The position numbers were made by a program, and so were the translations under genes. Of a stretch of 37,949 bases of DNA, positions 1 to 8,315 are shown in pieces (within the stretch, counting starts at the first letter, position 1; the number at the start of each line of letters is the position of its first letter). The notes under the pieces were generated by a model that did no database searches, had not been told where the DNA came from, and was given only the letters and a program-made list of their open reading frames with translations. The DNA comes from a virus. Lineage: Duplodnaviria > Heunggongvirae > Uroviricota > Caudoviricetes. The stretch is from IMG/VR virus record IMGVR_UViG_3300032214_000615; one strand, written 5' to 3'.

Positions 1-567
1 TACATTACCACTTATACTTACTGAATATCCAAAATAATCACCATCAGCAGCATCACTAGCTGTTAATTTTTGTTCTTGTACCCAACTAGTTCCGTTATAT
101 CTATATACATACGCACTACCAGCCTCAGTAAATCCGCTATGATCGGAGTATGATGATCCAACTACAATAAGATCACCACTTATACTTATTGAAACTCCAA
201 AAATTTCATTACTAGCAGCATCACTAGCTGTTAATTTTTGTTCTTGTACCCAACTAGTTCCGTTATATCTATATACATACGCACTACCAGCATCAGTAAA
301 TCCACTATGATCGTTGTAAGCTGATCCAACTACAATAAGATCACCACTTATACTTACTGAATTTCCAAAAATATCACTTTCAGCGGCATCACTAGCTGTT
401 AATTTTTGTTCTTGTACCCAACTAGTTCCGTTATATCTATATACATACGCACTACCAGCATCAGTAACTCCGCTATGATCGTCGTTTGTTGATCCAACTA
501 CTATTACATTACCACTTATACTTACTGAATATCCAAAATAATCACTACCAGCAGCATCACTAGCTAT
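1..567. repeat. Tandem 168-bp coding repeat, more than 3 copies
   Basis: CATCACTAGC recurs at 51, 219, 387 and 555 (period 168). Bases 1-40 are identical to 505-544. Confidence 0.95.
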
Positions 568-645
568 AATTTTTCTTTCTGTGTATTTGTATTTAATAGT
601 TTCAAAACTACTATAAGAACTTGCGGCTAAAAGTGATCCAGACAT
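1..645 (-). CDS. FG-GAP repeat (beta-propeller) protein, 3' end truncated by window edge; absent from ORF track
   Basis: Manual translation from ATG at 645-643: MSGSLLAASSYSSFETIKYKYTERKIIASDAAGSDYFGYSVSISGNVIVVGSTNDDHSGVTDAGSAYVYRYNGTSWVQEQKLTASDAAESDIFGNSVSISGDLIVVGS... Frame stays open to base 1. The 56-aa unit FGxSVSISGDxIVVGS...AGSAYVY...W..EQKLTASD is the FG-GAP pattern. Confidence 0.9.
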   Translation of the reverse strand, partial: MSGSLLAASSYSSFETIKYKYTERKIIASDAAGSDYFGYSVSISGNVIVVGSTNDDHSGVTDAGSAYVYRYNGTSWVQEQKLTASDAAESDIFGNSVSISGDLIVVGSAYNDHSGFTDAGSAYVYRYNGTSWVQEQKLTASDAASNEIFGVSISISGDLIVVGSSYSDHSGFTEAGSAYVYRYNGTSWVQEQKLTASDAADGDYFGYSVSISGNV

Positions 646-662
646 TTTTTTACCTTATACTA

Positions 663-670
663 TATTTAGT
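663..670 (-). promoter_or_regulatory. T4-type late promoter (ACTAAATA) for the FG-GAP gene
   Basis: Variant of TATAAATA 17 nt upstream of the ATG; the window encodes gp55. Confidence 0.55.
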
Positions 671-674
671 ACAC

Positions 675-706
675 AAATAAAAAGAGGAACCATCTCTGAT
701 CCCTCT
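675..706 (-). terminator. Rho-independent terminator
   Basis: Minus strand AGAGGGATCA-GAGA-TGGTTCCTCT-TTTTATTT: 10-bp stem with two G-U pairs, GNRA loop, U tract. Confidence 0.8.
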
Positions 707-736
707 AGTCTTCCCATCCCGATTGTGAAGATACAG
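675..736 (-). ncRNA. Candidate ~60-nt small RNA between a late promoter and a terminator
   Basis: AATAAATA (737-744), then hairpin TCTTC-ACAATCGGGATGG-GAAGA, then terminator; no ORF. Confidence 0.35.
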
Positions 737-744
737 TATTTATT
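737..744 (-). promoter_or_regulatory. T4-type late promoter (AATAAATA)
   Basis: Intergenic match to the late promoter core. Confidence 0.55.
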
Positions 745-819
745 CCGTTTGACCAAAATAATTGATTTAACATGACGGATTGTGTATTTTGATATATATT
801 ATAGAAAGCAGATACGTCC

Positions 820-2277
820 ATGCGTGATCAAGTACTTGAAATTATTAATAATCATCCGAAACACTATAGTTTACTGATTAAACGAAACACTGCTCTACAT
901 AATTGGGTAAAAGATAACTCGCAGATTGATTGCGATCATTTTCCAACTATGATTTACAGCGCTGTATACGGAGTTAATCCAATCTGTAATAATAATAAGC
1001 TAAAAAAGCTAACAAGATGGTCAAGTGGGCTTGTTAACTGCGGCGCGGCAAATGTCTGTGCGTGTACTAAAGCTGATATCTCTAAAAATGTAAGCACGAC
1101 TAAACAAAATTATAGTGAGCGGCGCAAAACAGAAATAGAAGACAAAAGAAAAAGCACAATGCTGCTCAATTACGGGGTTGAATATAACAGTCAGCGTGAA
1201 TCAGTAAAGACAATATTAAAAACATCAAAATTAAAAGAGCATCAATTCAACACATTAATTGATCGTGACTGGTTACAGCGTGAATATGTTGATAACAAAC
1301 GAACCGCAGTTGATATTGCGAAAGAATTAGATTGTCACGATAGTGCGGTTAGACGATATGTAGCACTACACGGATTTGAAGTTAGAAATTACAGTCTTCG
1401 TAGCTCACAAGAATCAATGATTTGTCGTTGGCTAGATCAGCATAATATCAACTATGAGTTTTGTAACAGAACTGTATTAAATGGATCAGAAATAGATATA
1501 TACATACCAACTCATAATTTGGGCATTGAAGTTAATGGGTTGTTGTATCATAGTTATAATCCCAATTCCTTTCATATTCTGAGACAAAAAACTCAAAAAG
1601 AAGAACGAACGAGACATCTAAATAAAACTTTACTAGCCTCAGAAAAACAAATTCAATTACTACACTTCAATGATCATCAAATAAAAAATAAATGGGATAT
1701 CGTAACCAACATACTGTCAAGTAAATTAAAGTTACAAAATAAAATATGGGCTAGAGAATGCGAAATTATAGAAGTTAATTCTGCTGAGCAACGAGAATTT
1801 TTTAATCGTGTTCATATTCAAGGATGGGTAGCAGCAAAAAAAGCGTATGGACTATACTACAACGATAAGTTAGTTCAATGTATTAGTGTTGGAAATAATC
1901 GGTATCGTTCTAATGAGTTAGAGATTTTAAGATTCGCTAGTGAAATGAATACTACGGTAGTTGGCGGATTGAGTAGATTACTAAAACATATTCAATCAAT
2001 ATTCTCAAATATCACTATAACAACTTACTGTGATAGAGATATCAGTAACGGTAACGGGTATATCAGCGCTGGATTTAAAATTATTGAGTATACTAAACCT
2101 GGATATTTTTGGACTGACGGCACAGAGATTATTAGTAGATACAAAACTCAGAAGACTCAATTAAGTAAATGGCTACCGCAATACAATCCTAATGAGAGTG
2201 AAAGTGTAAATATGTTTCGTGCTGGGTATCTTAGATATTGGAATACTGGTAATGTAGTATTACGCTATGAGAAATGA
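820..2277 (+). CDS. Hef-like free-standing homing endonuclease (YGVEY-type DNA-binding motif, HTH, PD-(D/E)XK/DUF559-like nuclease, C-terminal GNAT-like domain)
   Basis: NYGVEYNSQ motif; HTH (TAVDIAKELDCHDSAVRRY); EIDIYIP...GIEVNGLLYH nuclease core; ILRFA...VVGGLSRLLK...TYCD...GNGY GNAT-like segment. Lies opposite to the flanking late genes. Confidence 0.7.
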   Translation: MRDQVLEIINNHPKHYSLLIKRNTALHNWVKDNSQIDCDHFPTMIYSAVYGVNPICNNNKLKKLTRWSSGLVNCGAANVCACTKADISKNVSTTKQNYSERRKTEIEDKRKSTMLLNYGVEYNSQRESVKTILKTSKLKEHQFNTLIDRDWLQREYVDNKRTAVDIAKELDCHDSAVRRYVALHGFEVRNYSLRSSQESMICRWLDQHNINYEFCNRTVLNGSEIDIYIPTHNLGIEVNGLLYHSYNPNSFHILRQKTQKEERTRHLNKTLLASEKQIQLLHFNDHQIKNKWDIVTNILSSKLKLQNKIWARECEIIEVNSAEQREFFNRVHIQGWVAAKKAYGLYYNDKLVQCISVGNNRYRSNELEILRFASEMNTTVVGGLSRLLKHIQSIFSNITITTYCDRDISNGNGYISAGFKIIEYTKPGYFWTDGTEIISRYKTQKTQLSKWLPQYNPNESESVNMFRAGYLRYWNTGNVVLRYEK

Positions 2278-2301
2278 AAAAGGGACCCGAAGGTCCCTTT
2301 T
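2278..2301. terminator. Bidirectional terminator between the Hef-like gene and gp23
   Basis: AAAAGGGACC-CGAA-GGTCCCTTTT perfect 10-bp stem; reads C(UUCG)G on the capsid strand. Confidence 0.9.
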
Positions 2302-2319
2302 GTGTGATGTATTCCAATA

Positions 2320-3516
2320 TTATTGGAATGTAACATTGGAAATGTTAATTTCGCCAACGTAGTCGGCGGCATTGCCAAAACTGCTTGCGGTATTGGTAAG
2401 CTCAACGTAGCCATAACGTGTCATAAATGATACGACTGGCTCAAATGTTGCTGGGTCTAGAACAACACCACTGCTCATCAATGGGATGTATGGGCAGTAG
2501 AACGCTGCGGCATCAGTTTCTGAAGAACCCTTGTAACCAACTAGTACAGGAGTTGAATCAGAAGCGTAGCTGTCAACGAATACGCGCATAGCGTTGTTTA
2601 GTGTACCAACTAGCTTGGTGTTAGTTGGAGCCTCAAATGTGCCCTCTGTTGTACGAGCGAAAGCACTTGTTGTAGCACTTTGTAGAACAGTTAGAGCTTG
2701 ACTACTTACAACAGCCCAGTTACCAGCGCCACGACGAGTACGCTGAGCAATTAGGTTAGCAACACGATTGATTAGAACAGCTAGAGCAGCGTGTTCGTCA
2801 CCAACGAATGTAGCGGTACCACTTACGGTAGCCTGGTTGTATGTGAACTCAGTAGCAGCAAGACTGCGTAGTGATAGGAGAATTTCCTGATCAATTTCAG
2901 CAGTGATTTCTTGTGCTAGAGCGGCCATGATTTCAGCTTCAACGTCGATGCCGTGCTGTGACTGTGCGTCTTGAGCGGCTTCGAATGTCCAGCGAGCTTG
3001 TAACTTGCGTGACTTGGCTTCAACAGCCTGACGTAGAATCTGAACGCTGATTTGCTTACCGCCATTGCCTTCTAGTGAGGCTGTATCAGCACCAGTGTAT
3101 GCGCTTGTAGAAGCGGCGCCACTAGCGGTGCGTGAGTAAGCCTGAGCAATCTTGAATGGGCTTAGTGCCTCTTCGCCAGCCTGTACACTTGTAGCTGCTG
3201 CGCTGTTGTCTGTTAGACTGTTAGCGTAGCGAACACGTAGTGTGTGAATCTGACCAACTGGTCCTGTCATTGGCTGAACGCCTACCAATTCGTTAGCAAT
3301 AACGGTTGGCATAACACGACGAATAACTGGTAGAATTACACGATTTAGTGTAGCAATGTTACCAGCTACGGTTGTACCAGCTGAACTTTCAGCTAGTAGC
3401 TGCTTGCGAGTGTTTTCAAGAATAACACCCATCATTGAACGACGAGTTCCTTGGAGACCTTCTAGGAGGGCTTCCTTTGTTTCGCCCCAACGGCTCTCTA
3501 ATAGTACTTTTGACAT
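2320..3516 (-). CDS. gp23: Major capsid protein (T4 gp23 family)
   Basis: VIRRVMPTVIANELVGVQPMTGPVG, KSRKLQARWTFEAAQD, FYCPYIPL and MTRYG motifs; GGAG RBS. Confidence 0.97.
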   Translation of the reverse strand: MSKVLLESRWGETKEALLEGLQGTRRSMMGVILENTRKQLLAESSAGTTVAGNIATLNRVILPVIRRVMPTVIANELVGVQPMTGPVGQIHTLRVRYANSLTDNSAAATSVQAGEEALSPFKIAQAYSRTASGAASTSAYTGADTASLEGNGGKQISVQILRQAVEAKSRKLQARWTFEAAQDAQSQHGIDVEAEIMAALAQEITAEIDQEILLSLRSLAATEFTYNQATVSGTATFVGDEHAALAVLINRVANLIAQRTRRGAGNWAVVSSQALTVLQSATTSAFARTTEGTFEAPTNTKLVGTLNNAMRVFVDSYASDSTPVLVGYKGSSETDAAAFYCPYIPLMSSGVVLDPATFEPVVSFMTRYGYVELTNTASSFGNAADYVGEINISNVTFQ

Positions 3517-3544
3517 TTATTTAATCTCCTTATTAATGTCTGTA

Positions 3545-4645
3545 TTAAAGCCCTGCCAGACGCTTGAAAGCGATCAGATTTTCTTGATCTTCACCCTCAA
3601 TTTCTGTTTTCTTGGCAGATTTATCACCAGTCACAACACTTTCGGCAATTACTTGTTTCTTTTCAGCAACAGATTTGCTTTTACCATTGTTTAATACGGC
3701 TGGTAGATACTTATCAAAAGCGTACTTTAGCTTTGGTGTTTGTACGCTTTCTAGTAAATTACGCATTACTTCGGACTTTTCTTCATTTAGTGTACCTAAC
3801 AATTCTGTCATGGTACGCTCACGTAGATTAGATTCCTTAATAATACGAACTTCACGTTCCTTTGATTCAACCAATTTCTTGGCTGTACTAACTTGCGTGG
3901 CAGATTCGGCTAATTGTTTATCCTTTTTAGCTAATTGTGCTTGTAATTTACGTACTTCAGCTTTCTCATTGAGATGTGTAGCACCAAATTCAGCAGCAAA
4001 CGCTTCAAATAAACGACGACCAAAGGCACTCTCACGAGCAACTTTAATGTCTTCCTTCAATTGTCCGATTTCACCCTTTAACTGTCTAGTAACATTTTGG
4101 TTGAGCTTTTTGGCACTTTCAACAATAAAATTTTGTTTGAGTGATTCCAATTGTGTTCTTGCTTCGGCTACTAGTTTAACTTTAGCCTCAACTACCGCAC
4201 GCTTGTCTTGCTCAAATTCTTTGATTTCACGAGATAGAGCGTTCACTACGAACTTCTCTAGTTTACCACGGCCTTCCATTTGTGTTTTACGATCTGTACG
4301 TAATTCACGAATTTCTTCTGCCAATTTGGTTACCATGAACTCATTGAATTTTTTAGCAGCTTCTTGTAGTCGTGTTTGAGCACGAACTCTGTCTTCATTC
4401 ATTGCTTTGCGTTCCTCGCGAAACTCGGCAATTTCTGCTGCTAATCCTGATGATACCATTTTGTCAAGGGCTTCTACCATCACATTTTTATCGTGCTCGT
4501 ACTTGTTAGCGAATTCTTCACGCAATTCAGCACGAACTTGTTCACGAGCCTCGTTTAACTTTGACTGCCAAGCTTCGTTAATAGCCTGAGCAGTTTCGCT
4601 ATTAACGATTCCGCTTTCTAGTAATGGTTTGATAGCATCTAGCAT
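3545..4645 (-). CDS. gp22: Prohead core scaffold protein (T4 gp22-like)
   Basis: Long coiled coil, C-terminal KRLAGL, many (I/L/V)xE-S putative gp21 sites, positioned between gp21 and gp23. Confidence 0.85.
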   Translation of the reverse strand: MLDAIKPLLESGIVNSETAQAINEAWQSKLNEAREQVRAELREEFANKYEHDKNVMVEALDKMVSSGLAAEIAEFREERKAMNEDRVRAQTRLQEAAKKFNEFMVTKLAEEIRELRTDRKTQMEGRGKLEKFVVNALSREIKEFEQDKRAVVEAKVKLVAEARTQLESLKQNFIVESAKKLNQNVTRQLKGEIGQLKEDIKVARESAFGRRLFEAFAAEFGATHLNEKAEVRKLQAQLAKKDKQLAESATQVSTAKKLVESKEREVRIIKESNLRERTMTELLGTLNEEKSEVMRNLLESVQTPKLKYAFDKYLPAVLNNGKSKSVAEKKQVIAESVVTGDKSAKKTEIEGEDQENLIAFKRLAGL

Positions 4646-4659
4646 AATATGCTTTCCCC

Positions 4660-5295
4660 TTATTTAATTTTCAAATCCTTGATGAGTCTCATTACTTCCT
4701 CACGCAAGTATTTTTGAACACGAGCATCATTACCAGCATCTTTAATGTTATCCAACACACGATGACCACCACGCATGTTCATTAAACCTTCGTATATGGC
4801 CTTTGGATAAGCATTTGGAGCGCTGGGCTGAGCCACAATGTCCACGGTTACAATCTCAAAGTCACTAACTTTGCCAGAAGAATCGTCAACGTTACCGCTT
4901 CCTCTGCTACTGACTCCAAGTTTGACTCCACTTTCCAACATAGTGCTAACTAATTGCCCCATTGGAGTAGGTAGAATTTTTAATTTTCCAAAGCCATTGG
5001 GTCCATCCATCCACATATTACTAATAAGATGACTTACCCGATCCAAATTAATTTTAAGATCGTCTGGGTGATCTACTTCACCCAATACACTGTTTCCTTC
5101 GGAAATTTGTTTGTTTAAATCTTCAACGGCTCTTTGAATTTCAGCAACGGGATAAACACGCTCATTAGCGTTGCGTACCCCGCCCTGAATGAAGATGCCC
5201 TTCATATAGAGCGCCTTCTGTTCACCTTCTTTGACACTTTCAACGACCATGCTAGCACGATCAAATGTCAAATTTTCTTTTAGATACAAAGCCAT
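4660..5295 (-). CDS. gp21: Prohead protease (T4 gp21 family)
   Basis: GIFIQGGVRNANERVYP, LGEVDHP, GVSSRGSG and DIVAQPSAPNAYP motifs. Confidence 0.95.
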   Translation of the reverse strand: MALYLKENLTFDRASMVVESVKEGEQKALYMKGIFIQGGVRNANERVYPVAEIQRAVEDLNKQISEGNSVLGEVDHPDDLKINLDRVSHLISNMWMDGPNGFGKLKILPTPMGQLVSTMLESGVKLGVSSRGSGNVDDSSGKVSDFEIVTVDIVAQPSAPNAYPKAIYEGLMNMRGGHRVLDNIKDAGNDARVQKYLREEVMRLIKDLKIK

Positions 5296-5307
5296 TTTAT
5301 CTAAATC

Positions 5308-6171
5308 TTACTTAACTATTCTTTTAGTAGCTTTTTTGGATTCTGCTACTGGGCTCTTAGCCTTGTGATCTTCGTTCTTTGGCGTAGGAGCGGCTTCGCC
5401 CTGTCCCTTAGATAACTTGCCTGCGCCAGCAACAGTGTTCTTGAATGAACCAGCGCCTGGCAGATTACCTTGACCCTTTGTGTAAGCATTGCTTGGGGCT
5501 TTTGGACCGGTTGGAACAGACTCTGTGCCTTGAGTATGAACTGGCTTAACGTGTGCGCCAACTGAACCTTTTCCGCCAGCATTAGCAGCTACTGGGCTCT
5601 TAGCCTTGTGATCTTCGTGCTTTGCTTTAGGAGCAGCTTGTAGATCAACGCTTTCCATAACTTCTTCTGAATCTTCTTCATCGGACATTGGCGCTGGCTC
5701 TTCTTCATCACCGCCATGCATCATTGACTCAAATTCGGCCATTAATTCGTCTAGCTTGTCTTCTAGATTCATAATGTCGTCTTTTGTTGCTGGCTCGCCC
5801 TCAGACTCATCGTCCATGTCCATTTCTTCGTCTTCTTCGTCGTCCATGTCCATTTCGCCGTCAGCCGATTCTTCATCGTCCATGTCCATTTCGTCGTCCA
5901 TGTCCATTTCGTCGTCAGCCGATTCTTCGTCGCCCATGTCCATTCCGTCATCCATGTCCATTTCGTCATCGGCTTCCATCATGTCGTCACTGCCAACAGA
6001 TTCTGCTTCTAGTTCGCGGTATAGATCGCCTACACGTGGCTCTTCGTCCATTAAACTTTCATAGATTGCGCGACTTTGCTCAACGACAATCTCATGAAAT
6101 AATTGTTCTGCTCGTTCTTGATCCTCGTTTAAAATTAGATCAATTAACTTTTCATATTTTGCTGTAGACAT
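5308..6171 (-). CDS. Acidic prohead core protein (positional analogue of T4 gp67/gp68)
   Basis: Very D/E/M-rich central region; lies between portal and protease; own late promoter. Confidence 0.7.
   Translation of the reverse strand: MSTAKYEKLIDLILNEDQERAEQLFHEIVVEQSRAIYESLMDEEPRVGDLYRELEAESVGSDDMMEADDEMDMDDGMDMGDEESADDEMDMDDEMDMDDEESADGEMDMDDEEDEEMDMDDESEGEPATKDDIMNLEDKLDELMAEFESMMHGGDEEEPAPMSDEEDSEEVMESVDLQAAPKAKHEDHKAKSPVAANAGGKGSVGAHVKPVHTQGTESVPTGPKAPSNAYTKGQGNLPGAGSFKNTVAGAGKLSKGQGEAAPTPKNEDHKAKSPVAESKKATKRIVK
5808..5975 (-). repeat. Coding tandem repeat encoding (E)MDMDD(EESAD) units
   Basis: Recurrent CCATGTCCATTTC-type units; about six MDM[DG]D copies. Confidence 0.9.
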
Positions 6172-6205
6172 TTTTTCTCCTTTAGGTAAATGGCTTTGCG
6201 TTGAG

Positions 6206-6213
6206 TATTTAAC
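6206..6213 (-). promoter_or_regulatory. Late promoter (GTTAAATA) for core-gp21-gp22-gp23 transcript
   Basis: Lies just downstream of a terminator and inside inverted repeat TGCGTTGA-GTAT-TTAACGCA. Confidence 0.6.
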
Positions 6214-6221
6214 GCATAGAC

Positions 6222-6252
6222 AAAAAAACAGCGTAATAACTGCTGTTTTTTT
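6222..6252. terminator. Bidirectional terminator after the portal/small gene
   Basis: AAAAAAACAGC-GTAATAACT-GCTGTTTTTTT, 11-bp inverted repeat. Confidence 0.8.
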
Positions 6253-6285
6253 ACATTTTTGTGTAAATTTGAGATATTCTAAAGT

Positions 6286-6507
6286 TTATAGACCTGGACC
6301 AGCTGCTGGTGGGCTATACTGCTGTCTAATCTTTTTGAGATTTTTTGCTCTCTCGTAAGCAGACACTTCATTCATACGACGAATTTTATTTATGGCCGAT
6401 AGCGTTAATCTAGTCTTGCGGCTTTCCAACCAACGTGCTTGACTGTTATCAGCTTCAACGTCTTGATAATTTGTTGGAACTTTATCGTAAAATTCTAAGA
6501 GTAACAT
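6286..6507 (-). CDS. Small head-module protein, 73 aa (start reassigned to ATG at 6507)
   Basis: MLLLEFYDKVPTNYQDVEADNSQ...; ATG lies 5 nt after GATAAATA. The track start at 6573 overlaps the portal gene. Confidence 0.7.
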   Translation of the reverse strand: MLLLEFYDKVPTNYQDVEADNSQARWLESRKTRLTLSAINKIRRMNEVSAYERAKNLKKIRQQYSPPAAGPGL

Positions 6508-6512
6508 AAATC

Positions 6513-6520
6513 TATTTATC
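6513..6520 (-). promoter_or_regulatory. Late promoter (GATAAATA)
   Basis: Intergenic, directly after the portal stop codon. Confidence 0.6.
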
Positions 6521-8287
6521 TTAAACTGGCGGAGGAACTGCTGCTGGACCACCAGCTTCACCTGGTGTAGCAACCGGGGCAGTCGTTTCTGGAGGAAGTC
6601 CTAGTTGCTGCTCGGCACCCTCTGGCGGAACATTTTCGGCAGTTTCTAAATCGCCTTCAATATCACTAGTGCTTAGACCAATACTACGAAGATCGGTTCC
6701 TTTTGCTTCTGTTTCCTCATCTTCTGGTTTGCTACGCTCTTCATGCCACAACTTCTCATTTTCTTTAATCTCTTCTTGGCTTAGACCCAAGAATCGTTTC
6801 ATAGCAAATCTAGTACTCATATAGGGCAATTGAGAAACAGAACCAAACACGTTTACTCTAACTTGATCTATTTCACTTTGACGATAAGCGGCAAAATTTT
6901 GGGGAGGATTAAAAGCTAAGTCAAACAGACCAGCATCTATATTGAATCCACGCCAACGCAAGAACAATTTAAATTCTTCATTTAATTTACGAGCCATGTA
7001 ACTCTGTAATCTTTCGCAGTACTGATTGAATCTATATTCTTGTATAAGTGCTGTTCCTACCTTGCCATCAACTAATGGACGCTCACTATCTTCTGGTCCA
7101 GTAGGTAAATAACTACTTGGAACTCGCAGACCACGAGCAAGACGATTATTGAAATATTTCAGATCGTCAATTTCTCCAAGATTGCTTCCGCCCGCCAGAG
7201 TAGTAACATCACTTCCACGACCGTCTGCGGTAACTGGAAAGAAGTAGTCCTCATTTATGGAAAGTGGATTGTATGTGGCATCTAGCATGCTTTGACCACC
7301 GTGTACGCTGGGTATACGACGTTGATGTATTTCGTCTTTAATTCTATTGACGAATGCCATAGCTAGATGACTAGGCATATTTCCTACGTCAATTTTAAAT
7401 ATTCTACGCTCAGGAGCACGTTGAACACGATAAATTAAGATAGCATCTTCTAACAATTCTTTTTGTTTATATACTTTAAATATGTTTTCTAGTATGCTTT
7501 GACCAAACGGCCAGTATCTATCTAGCCCTTCAGTTAAACTAAGATGCACAACGTGTTTTGCGTCAATGGCACTTTCATTTATACCTAAGCTAAATCTACT
7601 GCCAGTGGTTCCATACGGCTCATTTGGAACAGTGTAGCTGTAAGGAGCACTGTATCCAGCAGTTGGTGGTTGTGCTTGAAAGTCAGTGGTGGTTTTTTCT
7701 GCTACAGTTAAATTTTGTAAATTTGGATTAATATCCTTCAGCACATACTGTTCTGGTTCTTTGCCTTCGCTTTCATTTACTATGACTTTAACTACCTTAG
7801 TCATATCAACCCAATATAGTTTGAAATTTTCTGGGTCGCGAACAAATACCTGATCACCGTACTTTACAGTGTTTCTAAATATTTTGAAGATTCTGGTGTT
7901 CATTTCATTTAGATTACACCATTGCTGTAGTTGTTTGCTTATTAAATCAACTTCAGTAGTAGTTGGCTCTTCGTGAAACTGAATCTCAAATGGAGTTTTG
8001 TTATGTTCATTTTTTTGAGTACTAAACTCCGATAGTATATCAAGACAAGCATTTATTTCTGGGTCAACGTCCATCATTTCATACTGATTGTAACGCTCAA
8101 TACGATTTGGGTGTCCTGTGTAAACTTCTGGCAGTCTACTTTGATAGTTTCTAAACGCAAATTCGTTTGACCAACCACCAGTTGGTTCCTTACCCATACC
8201 AGCATTCCAAGCTCCAGTATTACTATTGTTGCCGCTTATCGGACTTAATGCTCCGTGTATGTTTGTAAATTTGCGTTTGTACGTCAT
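6521..8287 (-). CDS. gp20: Portal vertex protein (T4 gp20 family)
   Basis: IYRVQRAPERRIFKIDVGNMP, EDYFFP...GRGSDVTTLAGG.NLGEIDD..YF, L.VPSS motifs. Confidence 0.96.
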   Translation of the reverse strand: MTYKRKFTNIHGALSPISGNNSNTGAWNAGMGKEPTGGWSNEFAFRNYQSRLPEVYTGHPNRIERYNQYEMMDVDPEINACLDILSEFSTQKNEHNKTPFEIQFHEEPTTTEVDLISKQLQQWCNLNEMNTRIFKIFRNTVKYGDQVFVRDPENFKLYWVDMTKVVKVIVNESEGKEPEQYVLKDINPNLQNLTVAEKTTTDFQAQPPTAGYSAPYSYTVPNEPYGTTGSRFSLGINESAIDAKHVVHLSLTEGLDRYWPFGQSILENIFKVYKQKELLEDAILIYRVQRAPERRIFKIDVGNMPSHLAMAFVNRIKDEIHQRRIPSVHGGQSMLDATYNPLSINEDYFFPVTADGRGSDVTTLAGGSNLGEIDDLKYFNNRLARGLRVPSSYLPTGPEDSERPLVDGKVGTALIQEYRFNQYCERLQSYMARKLNEEFKLFLRWRGFNIDAGLFDLAFNPPQNFAAYRQSEIDQVRVNVFGSVSQLPYMSTRFAMKRFLGLSQEEIKENEKLWHEERSKPEDEETEAKGTDLRSIGLSTSDIEGDLETAENVPPEGAEQQLGLPPETTAPVATPGEAGGPAAVPPPV

Positions 8288-8307
8288 TGTTATGATACCA
8301 GTTATAG

Positions 8308-8315
8308 TATTTAGC
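8308..8315 (-). promoter_or_regulatory. Late promoter (GCTAAATA) for portal
   Basis: Overlaps the upstream stop codon, 20 nt before the portal ATG. Confidence 0.5.

Noticed and set aside
1-567. 168-bp repeats as a CRISPR array or a DGR template/variable pair
   Set aside because: Repeats are contiguous, in frame and spacer-free. Differences are not confined to adenines (e.g. GTA/CTT, GTT/TTT), and no reverse transcriptase is in the window.
3509-3531. TTAAATA just before the gp23 ATG as a late promoter
   Set aside because: Only 1 nt from the ATG and downstream of the GGAG RBS, so it is more simply the SD spacer.
3356-4589. Plus-strand ORFs 3356-3694, 3612-4379 and 4407-4589
   Set aside because: Antisense shadows of gp23/gp22 with no RBS or recognisable motif.
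5346-6167. Alternative-frame ORFs (poly-Ser, WTWT and RRPCPF repeats)
   Set aside because: By-products of the MDMDD tandem repeat read in other frames.
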